DNA of 64,000 nt from Candidatus Omnitrophota bacterium (GTDB taxonomy: Bacteria > Omnitrophota > Omnitrophia > Omnitrophales > Aquincolibacteriaceae), in assembly GCA_035368605.1 (NCBI GenBank), contig DAOSLF010000004.1, positions 29,388 to 93,387 on the forward strand. The letters run 5' to 3'. Shown piece by piece: positions 10,371 to 19,800 of this stretch. The notes beneath the pieces are model-generated. The model searched no databases and had not been told where the DNA came from. It saw only the letters and a list, made by a program, of their open reading frames with translations. Position 1 is the stretch's first letter; each line of letters opens with the position of its first letter. A program made the position numbers and the translations under genes.

Positions 10371-11060
10371 TTACTGCTTTCTCTCTCCGAATACCAGCGT
10401 CCCGATCCTCAGGAGGGTGCTTCCTTCCGCGACCGCGATCCGAAAATCGCCTGACATCCCCATGGACAGGATGTCCCAGGAATGCGCCGCGTGTTCCGCG
10501 CGGAGCATTGCGAGAAGCTCCCCGGTTCGCTTAAAACATTCCCGGATCCTCGCCTCATCGTCCGTCAGGGGGCCGATCGTCATAATGCCTTTCACCTTGA
10601 TCCGCGGCAACTTCGTGATCTCCGAAGCGAGCCAGGACGCTTTTTCCGGTTCGATCCCCGACTTTGTTTCCTCGCCGGACATGTTGACCTGGATCAGGCA
10701 CGGGACTGCCGCGACACTTCGTTTTTCCGCCTGTCGTTCGATCTCGCCGGCGAGTTCCACGCGATCCAGGGAATGGATCAGATGGACCTGCCCCACCACA
10801 TGCCTGACCTTGTTCGTCTGGAGAGGGCCGATCAAATGCCACCGGATATCCGCGGGGAGGGCATCCTTTTTTTTCCGCCATTCCTGGACACGGTTCTCGC
10901 CAAAGTCACGCTCGCCGGAATCGTAGGCTTCGCGGATCCCTTCCGGGCTCACCGTCTTCGTGACGATCACGAGCCGGATATCCCCGGGGTGGCGATTCGC
11001 GCTAACCGCGGCATCGCGGATGTCTTTTTTCAGCTTTTGGATATTCTCACCAAAGCTCAT
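10371..11060 (-). CDS. YggS/PLPBP-family pyridoxal-phosphate homeostasis protein.
   Basis: 229 aa. Fold-type III PLP barrel with the N-terminal V(I)VTKTVS lysine region. Length is typical, and it sits adjacent to proC and yggT. Confidence 0.85.
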   Translation of the reverse strand: MSFGENIQKLKKDIRDAAVSANRHPGDIRLVIVTKTVSPEGIREAYDSGERDFGENRVQEWRKKKDALPADIRWHLIGPLQTNKVRHVVGQVHLIHSLDRVELAGEIERQAEKRSVAAVPCLIQVNMSGEETKSGIEPEKASWLASEITKLPRIKVKGIMTIGPLTDDEARIRECFKRTGELLAMLRAEHAAHSWDILSMGMSGDFRIAVAEGSTLLRIGTLVFGERKQ

Positions 11061-11107
11061 GACTCAGGCTCTCCGGGACATCGTCTTCGATGTCAAACGA
11101 TCCGGAC

Positions 11108-12103
11108 TCATTTTTGCTCCCGGCTTTTTTCGCGCCGGGCGGCCTCGTCTTTTTCCAAAGCCTTCATCAGGTCCAGGAATTTTATCACACGCACGCGATC
11201 GATCAGAATCACATCCCCCGTACTTTCCATCTTTCCGTAGTAGGCGTTCTCGAGCGGCACCTCATTCCCGAAATTAAAGACCTCCCCGCCTCCCGCGGCA
11301 TCCGGATCGCCTTCGACCCGAATCCGGTCATGAATGACATAGAACCCGAACTCGGCATCGGAACGGTCCCCGCGGTCGAGAAATTTTTTAACGTTCAACC
11401 CGTCCAATCCCCGGAACACGAGCTCCATCCGGTCCGGAGGCATTTCCCTTCCGAAATTCGAGACCGGCTCGATCCAGTACCACTTTCCCTGGTCCTTTTT
11501 CCATTCGTAGGCATTGGGCCCCATCTCGACAAAGACCTTCCGGGCTTCCGCCATGGGGGTCCGGAACACGGACTTGTCACGGAGGGTGTAAAGGCTCACG
11601 TCAAAAGCGGACTTCAGTTCGGGGGTCACGAGGATATAGCCGCGCTCCTTGGCCCAGCGCGCGTAGACCGCCTTCCCGATGGGGGACGCGGCCCCGAAGT
11701 TCAGCGTGCTCTCATGCGTCTTGTCGGTCACGACGCGGACTTCCATGCCGGGCTTCTCGAGCCCGTATTCGGCCCAGTCCTTCTCGGCGCGAAGCCGGGT
11801 CTGTTGCGAGGCGAAACGCAAAGCTACCGCAAGTCCCGATACTGCCTGCTGCTCGGCAAGACTGTTCACCGGCGAAACGATGCGCCATGTCTCCCGGACC
11901 TTTTCCAGGGTGAGCGCGGTTCCCGCCGCCGGGTTCCGGATCTCGATCCGTATCACCTGCTCGCCCGGTTCCATCGAGAACCCCCGGCTCACCTCGTCGG
12001 GACTGATCGCAAGAATGTCCCTGTCAATCCTTGCCCGGTAAAGGTAGACCGCGATCGCAAGGGCGAACAACAGACAGATGACGATCGTCCGGCCGAGTTT
12101 CAT
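11108..12103 (-). CDS. DUF4340-like membrane-anchored protein accessory to the GldG-like ABC system.
   Basis: N-terminal TM anchor (MKLGRTIVICLLFALAIAVYLY) followed by a beta-rich region. The track ORF starts further upstream. The likely start ATG overlaps the gldG-like stop as ATGA at about 12100-12103. Confidence 0.55.
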   Translation of the reverse strand: MKLGRTIVICLLFALAIAVYLYRARIDRDILAISPDEVSRGFSMEPGEQVIRIEIRNPAAGTALTLEKVRETWRIVSPVNSLAEQQAVSGLAVALRFASQQTRLRAEKDWAEYGLEKPGMEVRVVTDKTHESTLNFGAASPIGKAVYARWAKERGYILVTPELKSAFDVSLYTLRDKSVFRTPMAEARKVFVEMGPNAYEWKKDQGKWYWIEPVSNFGREMPPDRMELVFRGLDGLNVKKFLDRGDRSDAEFGFYVIHDRIRVEGDPDAAGGGEVFNFGNEVPLENAYYGKMESTGDVILIDRVRVIKFLDLMKALEKDEAARREKSREQK

Positions 12104-13515
12104 GACGTGCGCAGCCGGATCACAAGATAGAGGCCGCCGATCACGATAAAAAGCAGCGGATAGACCGCCAGGACCGAGAACACCAGCAGGCTTTGTTTCG
12201 GGATATCGAGGAGAAGCGGCTTGAACTTGAACTGCGGTTTCTGGACCTCGATAAAGCGGTCGTCCTTGGCCAGCCACTGGAAGATTCTGAGACCGAACTC
12301 CTTGTTCCCGGAAAGACTGAGATAACCGTTGGTGAGAAAATCGCTATCACCAACGATGATCATCCTGCCGCCAGTTTCCGGTCCATTGTCTGCGGCCGGC
12401 GCCTCTTCCGACGTGATGGCCGCATGCTTCTGCTTTCCGTCCGTGATTTGTTCGACCGCGATCGCCGCGGGCAGCGGCCCGGCGATATCCGACTTCGGAT
12501 CAAAGGTCACGGTCCCGTCTTCAAGCGCGGACAGGTTCGATTCCGCCCAGCTCCCAGGCCCCGTCATGGCGAGCGGGACCACCTCAAATCCCGGCACCGT
12601 ATCGGTCGAGGGCTGGACGCTTCGAAGCAACGGAAAAAAAGTCGCCTGTTTCATGGTCTTCGACACCGGATGACGGACAAAATACTGGCTGACGAGCGGC
12701 ATCAGAAAATCGCCGCCGACGATCCGGCTGGCCTTATCGACCACCACATTGTCGCCGAGCGCGACCCCCATCGACTTCGCAAAAGCCGGGAAGGCCTTTC
12801 CAGTCCCCGGATCCATCGGATCAAGGAGCAAAAGAAGCCCCTTTCCTTGCCGGAACGCTTTTTTCAGATCATCAAATTCCTCCGGGGTGGGCTCCCATCG
12901 CGGACCCGCGAGTGCAACCACCTGACAGGCATCGGGGACATGATCGCGGGAAAGAACGATTTCGTTCACGCGCGTATTGAAACCTTCAAGGGTCGTCCGA
13001 AACATGTCGTAGGTAACGGGTTCGTCGCCCCGCAATTCGACCTCGCCATGTCCCTTCACAAAACAGACATCCACCGTCCGCGGGTGCAGGATCCGCAGAA
13101 ACGCGTTTGTGAACGCCTCTTCGTTCGGCGTCACGATCCGTTCCTCGTGATCCCCCGAACGGATGATGATTGTCGCGGGTGTCGTCACCTGGAATTTCTT
13201 GGCGAGGGTGGGACGGCGCACGGGATCGTAAAAATCGAAATGAAAATCCGGATGCTGGCGTTGGCATTCCCTCAAAAAGATCTCCAGACCGCGCCGCGCG
13301 GGGTCATCCTGAAGGTAGAAGGCCGAGACCTGAAGCGGTTTGGATCGGAGATCCCGGAGGATACTCGCCGTGCTTTTCGGCAACGAGTAGACCTTCTCCG
13401 CCGTAAGGTCCCAGCGATAGTCGTAACGATCCAGGATCGCGCCCACCAGCACGAGCGTCGCAAAAAGCAGCACCGCCTCAAGCACCAGCTGGAATTTGAG
13501 GAAGAAATGTTTCAT
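12100..13515 (-). CDS. GldG-like auxiliary component of an ABC-type uncharacterised transport system.
   Basis: 471 aa. N-terminal and C-terminal TM helices flank a large periplasmic domain. Located directly downstream of the ABC-2 permease and ATPase. Confidence 0.7.
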   Translation of the reverse strand: MKHFFLKFQLVLEAVLLFATLVLVGAILDRYDYRWDLTAEKVYSLPKSTASILRDLRSKPLQVSAFYLQDDPARRGLEIFLRECQRQHPDFHFDFYDPVRRPTLAKKFQVTTPATIIIRSGDHEERIVTPNEEAFTNAFLRILHPRTVDVCFVKGHGEVELRGDEPVTYDMFRTTLEGFNTRVNEIVLSRDHVPDACQVVALAGPRWEPTPEEFDDLKKAFRQGKGLLLLLDPMDPGTGKAFPAFAKSMGVALGDNVVVDKASRIVGGDFLMPLVSQYFVRHPVSKTMKQATFFPLLRSVQPSTDTVPGFEVVPLAMTGPGSWAESNLSALEDGTVTFDPKSDIAGPLPAAIAVEQITDGKQKHAAITSEEAPAADNGPETGGRMIIVGDSDFLTNGYLSLSGNKEFGLRIFQWLAKDDRFIEVQKPQFKFKPLLLDIPKQSLLVFSVLAVYPLLFIVIGGLYLVIRLRTS

Positions 13516-14297
13516 TCGAAATGCTTCCAGTTGCGGGTTTCGATCGAGCGGAGGGAAAGGAACAGGAAATAAAAGAAAAAGAAACCGAAATAGATGATGT
13601 CACGGAGGTCCAGGATCCCGTACGTGAGGTTACGGAAGTGCTGAAGGGGCGACATGGCGCTGAGGATCACGGGCACCCCGCCCTCTCCCGTCATCGGAGC
13701 AAGGTCCATCATCCAGAAAACGATGAGAAGCGCGAATGTCCCCACCGCGCTGATCATGGGGTTCCTGGTGAGCGTCGACACGAATACACCCGCCGCAAGA
13801 TAAGCGGTGCCCAAGGCCCAGAAACCGAGAAACCCCGAGATGACTGGCCCCCAATCCAGCTCGCCTCCGATCAGGTGGAAGATCAGGAAATATCCCGCGA
13901 GCGGCACGAGGAGGATCTCAAAGAACCAGATCAGCCCTATCAGCTTGCCGGCAACGATCTCGAGATCGGAGAGCGGATAAGTGAAGAGAAGTTCGAGCGT
14001 TTCATGCTTGCGCTCTTCCGAGAACGAGCGCATCGTCAGGATCGGAACGAGAAAAAGAAGGATCACGTTCGCGTTCAGGAAAAAAGAACCGAAGATGTAA
14101 TGGGTCTGGCTGACGTTCGGGAAACTCGTCTGGCTCCCCGCAAGACGCGGGTCCATCGACAGTTTCGCGTAGCTCAGCACCAGCACGGTGAAAAAGATTC
14201 CGGTCACGAGGAAAAAGAACGCCCCCGTGAAAACGCCCGTCCAGGAATGAAAAAGGGACGAACACTCCTTTTTGGCGACCGTGAACGCTTTTCTCAT
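13512..14297 (-). CDS. ABC-2 type transporter permease (GldF-like).
   Basis: 261 aa with 6 predicted TM helices. Sits between the ABC ATPase and the GldG-like gene. Its stop overlaps the gldG-like start by 4 nt. Confidence 0.7.
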   Translation of the reverse strand: MRKAFTVAKKECSSLFHSWTGVFTGAFFFLVTGIFFTVLVLSYAKLSMDPRLAGSQTSFPNVSQTHYIFGSFFLNANVILLFLVPILTMRSFSEERKHETLELLFTYPLSDLEIVAGKLIGLIWFFEILLVPLAGYFLIFHLIGGELDWGPVISGFLGFWALGTAYLAAGVFVSTLTRNPMISAVGTFALLIVFWMMDLAPMTGEGGVPVILSAMSPLQHFRNLTYGILDLRDIIYFGFFFFYFLFLSLRSIETRNWKHFE

Positions 14298-14402
14298 TCC
14301 GTTAGAAACGCGTTATAGCGTCTCCCCTCCCATACTTATCGGCAGACATTAAAATACCGCCAGACATCCCGCGGTCCCTGCGCTTCCCGTCTCTAACGGG
14401 GC

Positions 14403-15401
14403 TCATGCCGCCCTCCGCATTTGGAACCATCCGTCCTTCAGAAGCTTCAGAAAAATCTCCTCGAGCGTCAGCTGGTCCCGGCGAACCTCCAGAAGAGGCA
14501 GCCGGTTTTTCACGAAAAGTTCCGTGATCTCGGGACGAAGGTCCAGCGGGTGCGAGGTCTCGAGGCAGAACCGGATCTCGCCTTCATGGCGTTCGACCAC
14601 CCGGATATTTTCGGCACCGGGAATCTGGACCAGAAGGTCCGTCACGACCCTCTCATGTTCGGGACCGCGAACGGTCACGAAGATGGCATCCCGGTCCTTC
14701 AGACAGGCCTCAAGCTCCCGCACCGTGCCGCTCGCGAGTACCTGCCCCTGATGGATCATGAGGACGCGGTTGCAGACCATGGAAACCTCGGAGAGGATGT
14801 GGGTCGACAGAATCACGGCCCGTTCCCTGCCAAGTGTCCGGATGAGCTCCCGGATTTCGGTGATCTGTTTGGGATCGAGCCCCGTCGTCGGCTCGTCCAG
14901 GATGAGAACCGAAGGATCCCCGATCAGGGCCTGTGCGAGCCCGACCCGCTGACGGTAACCTTTCGACAGGCGCCCGATGAGGCGGTGCGAAACCTCGGAG
15001 AGCCCGCATTGCGTGATCTTTTCCTCCACCTCGTCGGTGCGGCGTTTCTCGGGCACTCCCTTGAGACCGGTGACAAACCGCAGGTATTCCCGCACTCGCA
15101 TATCGGGATAAAAGCGGACTGTTTCCGGAAGATAGCCGACCCGCTGTTTCGCGCGGCGGGGATCCTTGAACAGGTCGATGCCCTCGATCTCCACATGCCC
15201 GGAGGACGGAGCGAAATAACCGGAAAGGATACGCATCGCGGTCGTTTTGCCCGCGCCGTTGGGACCGAGGAACCCCACCACTTCGCCGCGCGCGATCTCA
15301 AAAGATAAATTGTCGACGACCGCGCGCTTGCCGTAATTCTTCGTCACGCTTTCAAAGCGGACGACCCCTTCAGCGGAACGCGGCTTGCGAACAGTAACCA
15401 T
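14403..15401 (-). CDS. ABC transporter ATP-binding protein (GldA-like).
   Basis: 332 aa. Walker A GPNGAGKTT. ABC signature LSKGYRQRV. Walker B ILILDEPTTGLD. H-loop present. Confidence 0.85.
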   Translation of the reverse strand: MVTVRKPRSAEGVVRFESVTKNYGKRAVVDNLSFEIARGEVVGFLGPNGAGKTTAMRILSGYFAPSSGHVEIEGIDLFKDPRRAKQRVGYLPETVRFYPDMRVREYLRFVTGLKGVPEKRRTDEVEEKITQCGLSEVSHRLIGRLSKGYRQRVGLAQALIGDPSVLILDEPTTGLDPKQITEIRELIRTLGRERAVILSTHILSEVSMVCNRVLMIHQGQVLASGTVRELEACLKDRDAIFVTVRGPEHERVVTDLLVQIPGAENIRVVERHEGEIRFCLETSHPLDLRPEITELFVKNRLPLLEVRRDQLTLEEIFLKLLKDGWFQMRRAA

Positions 15402-15404
15402 GGC

Positions 15405-16616
15405 TCAGGCGGGTTCGATGCGGGCAAACTTGCGCTTCCCGCACTGCAGGACGATCGTTTTTTCGATTTTGAGGACGGTTTTCGGATCAGAAACTTTTTC
15501 CTGGTCGACCTTCACGCCGCCCTGCTCGACAAGGCGGCGCCCTTCCGACTTGCTCGCGACCAGTCCGGCTTCGCCAAGGAGTGAAACGATATCGATCTCT
15601 CTTTTTTCGATCTTTACGGTCGGGATCTCATCGGGAAGACCTTTTTTCCTGAAGATTTCGTCGAATTCCTGCGAAGCCTGGCGGCCCGCCTCGATACTGT
15701 GAAAAAGCGTCACGATCCGTTCCGCGAGTTTCGCCTTCATTTCGCGGGGATGCAGTTCACCCTTTTTCAACCCCAGGACGATCGCACCCGTTTCTTCGGA
15801 CGGCAGCGCGCTCACATAGCGATAAAAACGTTCCATCAGCGGGTCCGGGATCGACATCACCTTGCCGAACATTTCGCGGGGCGTGTCCTTGAGGGCGATG
15901 TGATTGCCGAGACTTTTCGACATTTTCTGGACACCGTCCGTTCCCTCAATCAACGGAAGGGTCATCACAACTTGCGGTTCCTGCCCGTCAAGCTTCTGAA
16001 GCTCCCGTCCCACGAGCAGGTTGAATTTCTGATCCGTCCCGCCGAGTTCGACATCGGACCGGATCACGACGGAGTCATGCCCCTGCATCAGCGGATACAG
16101 AAATTCGACGATCGCGATGGGTTCGTTCGCTTTGTAGCGTTTTGAAAAATCATCCCGTTCGAGGATCCGGGCCACGGTGTACTGCGCGGTGAGTTTCAAA
16201 AACGCCTGCGGTGTAAGCTTGTCGAGCCATTCGGAGTTATAGCGGACTTCGGTTTTCGAACGGTCCAGAATCTGGAAGACCTGCTCCTGATAGGTCAGGG
16301 CGTTCTTTTTCACCTGTTCTTCGGAAAGCATGGGCCGCGTCCCGGATTTTCCGGAAGGGTCCCCTATGCGCGCCGTAAAATCGCCGATGATAAAGACAAC
16401 GAGGTGTCCCAAGTCCTGAAGCTGGCGGAGTTTACGAAGCGGCACGGTGTGGCCGAGGTGAAGGTCCGGCGCCGAAGGATCGGCCCCGTATTTGATGCGA
16501 AGCGGGCGGTTCTTTTTCAGGGAATCCGTGAGTTTGGCCTCAAGCTCCTTTTCAGAGATGAATTCAACGAGGTTTTCCCTGAAGATCGCCAGCTGTTCCG
16601 GAACGGGTTTAAACAC
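15405..16616 (-). CDS. tyrS: Tyrosine--tRNA ligase.
   Basis: HIGH motif ([10 protein letters not shown]) and KMSKS motif. C-terminal S4 domain. The track ORF begins at a GTG at 16709. A GTG 31 codons downstream (VFKPVPEQ) is preceded by a strong SD (AAGAGGTGG) and is the more likely start. Confidence 0.9.
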   Translation of the reverse strand: MFKPVPEQLAIFRENLVEFISEKELEAKLTDSLKKNRPLRIKYGADPSAPDLHLGHTVPLRKLRQLQDLGHLVVFIIGDFTARIGDPSGKSGTRPMLSEEQVKKNALTYQEQVFQILDRSKTEVRYNSEWLDKLTPQAFLKLTAQYTVARILERDDFSKRYKANEPIAIVEFLYPLMQGHDSVVIRSDVELGGTDQKFNLLVGRELQKLDGQEPQVVMTLPLIEGTDGVQKMSKSLGNHIALKDTPREMFGKVMSIPDPLMERFYRYVSALPSEETGAIVLGLKKGELHPREMKAKLAERIVTLFHSIEAGRQASQEFDEIFRKKGLPDEIPTVKIEKREIDIVSLLGEAGLVASKSEGRRLVEQGGVKVDQEKVSDPKTVLKIEKTIVLQCGKRKFARIEPA

Positions 16617-16703
16617 TGCTATCCACCTCTTTTGCAACAGGTTACGGATGAGGTGATATTTTAACAACGAGGAGAACGAATGGAAAGGAATTAGTAAGGG
16701 CAG

Positions 16704-16738
16704 GGACACTCATTCTTCAACAAGAATGAGTGTCCCCG
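16704..16738 (-). other. Perfect 15-bp inverted repeat (stem-loop) in the intergenic region between giant gene 1 and tyrS.
   Basis: GGGACACTCATTCTT-caaca-AAGAATGAGTGTCCC. A perfect 15-bp stem with a 5-nt loop. No canonical U-tract follows on either strand. Confidence 0.5.
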
Positions 16739-16801
16739 AAGTTATAACGATAAACAGCAAGCGGTCGGGCATACCACCTGCCGCATCCTGTCCGTGTTTT
16801 T

Positions 16802-19800
16802 TTACGCGGATCTCGCAATAAGCGCCCGTTCGACAAACCGTTCGGCGATCGAGGCGATCGTGAGAGCGCCGATCGTGAATCCCGACGTTCCCTTCTTGCC
16901 GTAATTCGGAACAATATCCTCAAGGACTTTCAGGAGCGTGTCCCCGCTCAGCTCAGCAACCGAGGAAAGCTCGACAATGAGCCGGCCGATCAGCTTGAGA
17001 TCACCGCGCCCGACGTTGGCTGTAACAGCGAAGTTATTGCCGCCTTCAAGCAATTCGAGGACAGCCTCGTCATCAAAGAGCGTGGCGATCTTCCCGTCAA
17101 GACTGGCGGTCAGCGTTTTAACAACGCCGACTTCGGTCTGCCCCGCCGCGAGAACATGGATGCCGAGAATCTCTCCGGACTTCAGGGCGGCAACAATCTC
17201 ATCACGCTCCCTGAAATCCTTCGGGGCCACCGCATTCTTGCGGTAAAGCGCCTTTATCATCTCTTCGAACATTCCGGCATCCCCCGAAGTCTTGAGCAGG
17301 GTCTTCACGCCGGCAGCCCTGGCCTTATCGCGGTAGATCTTCAGAACATCGAACAGCGTCCCGGCGTCCTCGCGGATGAACCGGTTCATAAAGCTCCCGC
17401 TCACATAGAACGTGCCGTTGGATTCCAGGTCCTCCGGCGACATGACAAGTTCCGTTCTCTGGCCCGCGGTAAAATACTTGTCCAGTAGCGCCGTTTCGGG
17501 AGCGCGGGTCGCGGCGCTTGCCTTCGAGATACCGACCTTTGCCATCAGCATCCCCAGGACTTCCGTGCCGTGGCGGAACTGTTCCATGACCGCCTGACGG
17601 ACCGTTTCGGGGAAGATCCCGAAGCGCAGGTGCCGCACGAAAGCGAGAAACGAAGGCATCGTGATCCGGCGAAGATCAGGCTCGAGGTCTTTAACACCGA
17701 ACCCGTCTTGCGTGTTTGCGGGAACCGCATTCACCGCGACCGACGTCGTCGGGAGCGTCGGGGAGATCCGGGCTTCAGCACGAAGGGCCCCTGCGGTTCC
17801 GTCATACCCCTGAAGTCCGTTTTTCCGGAGTTCCTGAATATCGACACGCCGTCCTTCCATCACCCGCTTGATAATGATCGGATACAATTTAAGATTAGCC
17901 ACCCAGCTTTCCACAGGTCCTTCCCACTGCTTGGTAGCCAGAAACCGGAACACAACCCGGTCCATAAAAGCAGCCTTGTCATAATCCGAAAGCGCGTTAA
18001 AACGATCCATATCGAATTCCCGAAGGCTGGCTGTGCCGACCGCCCTCACTCGCACATTGTCAGAAACCTCACCCGTAACTTCATGCATGTTTCCCTCCGC
18101 CTTGCCAAGGCCGATGACGCTCAGGTCTTTCGAGGGTTTCGGGTCGAAAAGCAGCGGCAATTTCGCACGTCCACGCTCCGCGAGTTTCTCCAAAGTCCCT
18201 TTGGATCTGGCATCGCGCATCTCGTTGACGAAATCATCAAAAGACTGCGTCGCATCCCTCCGGTAAATGTCCGCAATGTATTTTGGCGTATAAATAGCAA
18301 CTGCGTTATTCATCCCCACAACATCCGCGGAATTCACTTTCCGGATGAGCCGGTAGTCCCCTTCGGCATTCCTGAACACGGCGATCCGCGACTCTTCTTT
18401 TTCTTTATCAGCATTCGCCAACTGCCGAAGCCCCTTGACGGTCATGATCGTCTCTGTTTCATAGGAGAGGTCCGTCGGCTCGATTTCGATGCTCTGGCCG
18501 GCCATAATCTTCGCCTCCAGATCGGACAAAACCCCTGCAGGAAGTTTTTCGGGTGTTTTTCCCTTGCCGGTAGCGGGATCGATTTGCAACTGTCTCCGCC
18601 AACCATCTTTCTCATAATCCGCGACAATCCGTTTCCAGGTCGCTTCAATGGAAGGGTCTTCCGCGATCCGGTGATTGCCTCTTTGCCCAATCATCCAAGC
18701 CCCGCCTTTCATCCCGGGCCCGCGACGCGACACCTCAAAGATCGCGTCATAACCCTTGCGATCCATCCACCCCAGTAATGTTAAAAAATTAGCGTCATAG
18801 GTTGCCGCGGCGTTGTCTATATTCCGGAACGGAATATATTTGATCCCCGCATCGATCAAGTCGAGAAGGATTCCCTTAGAGACCATTTGGTGGAAGAATT
18901 CGGCATGTCCCGCCGGATCCCGCTCCGTGGGATGGATCACCGCTTCAGGGTGACCGTTCGCGATCGCCGCTTCAACTTCTCTAGCCTTCTGAATGCTCGC
19001 GTCACGCCTTGCGTTGTGTTCTTCAATAGGGACTTCCGGAGAAGCTTTCACGGCGGTCGCATAAGCCTTGGGAATATCCCGTTCGCTCAAATAGAATTTT
19101 GGCGCGAGATCCTGCTGAAAACCGATTCTGCCCTGATTGCGAACAAACTGTTCCCCAGGAATCCCATAAAAACCGTTCCGCTTCAGCTCTTCGTTGAGTT
19201 CCTCCTGATAATTAGCGTTGGTCATGATGAGAACCCGGTTCTTCGACGTGGACGCACCCGACACGGCCGAGGAAACCTCTCTGAGAAGCATGCCGATATC
19301 CGTGAGCATCAGCCCCATGTAGGAATAAACCCGGTCACCGTACTCTCCAATAGGCGTCGCTCCCTTACTCATGAGCTTGTGCCCCTTCCCATGAAGTTTG
19401 TCGATCATGGAGAGAGCTCCCGCGGGCACCTTATCGGTCGACTGACGCGACGATGCACCCGCAGCAGCCGTGGCAAACGCGACCACGCCGCGCGCCACCA
19501 ATCCAGCGCCTCGCGAGGCGTCTTCTTTCCGTCCCGTTTCTGGCCATTGGGACATCTGGATTTCACGGAAATCGGCATCCTGACTTGGACGAACGGTTCC
19601 GCGGATTCCCGTCGGCCTCAGAGTCCCGGCAAACAATCCTACCCCGCGCGCAATCTCCGCTGCGGTCGCACCGACGCGCATTTCTGCCCGAATTCCCGCC
19701 GCTCCTGCGCGGATCGCGCGGGCATCGACAAAATCAAAGACGGTCTGCGCAATATCGTCCGCGGTGGATTGAACGGAAATCCGGTTCCACAAATAGCCGT

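Noticed and set aside
16617-16801. Possible T-box riboswitch upstream of tyrS.
   Set aside because: The spacer is only about 185 nt and shows a single short hairpin. No specifier-loop or antiterminator architecture is recognisable.
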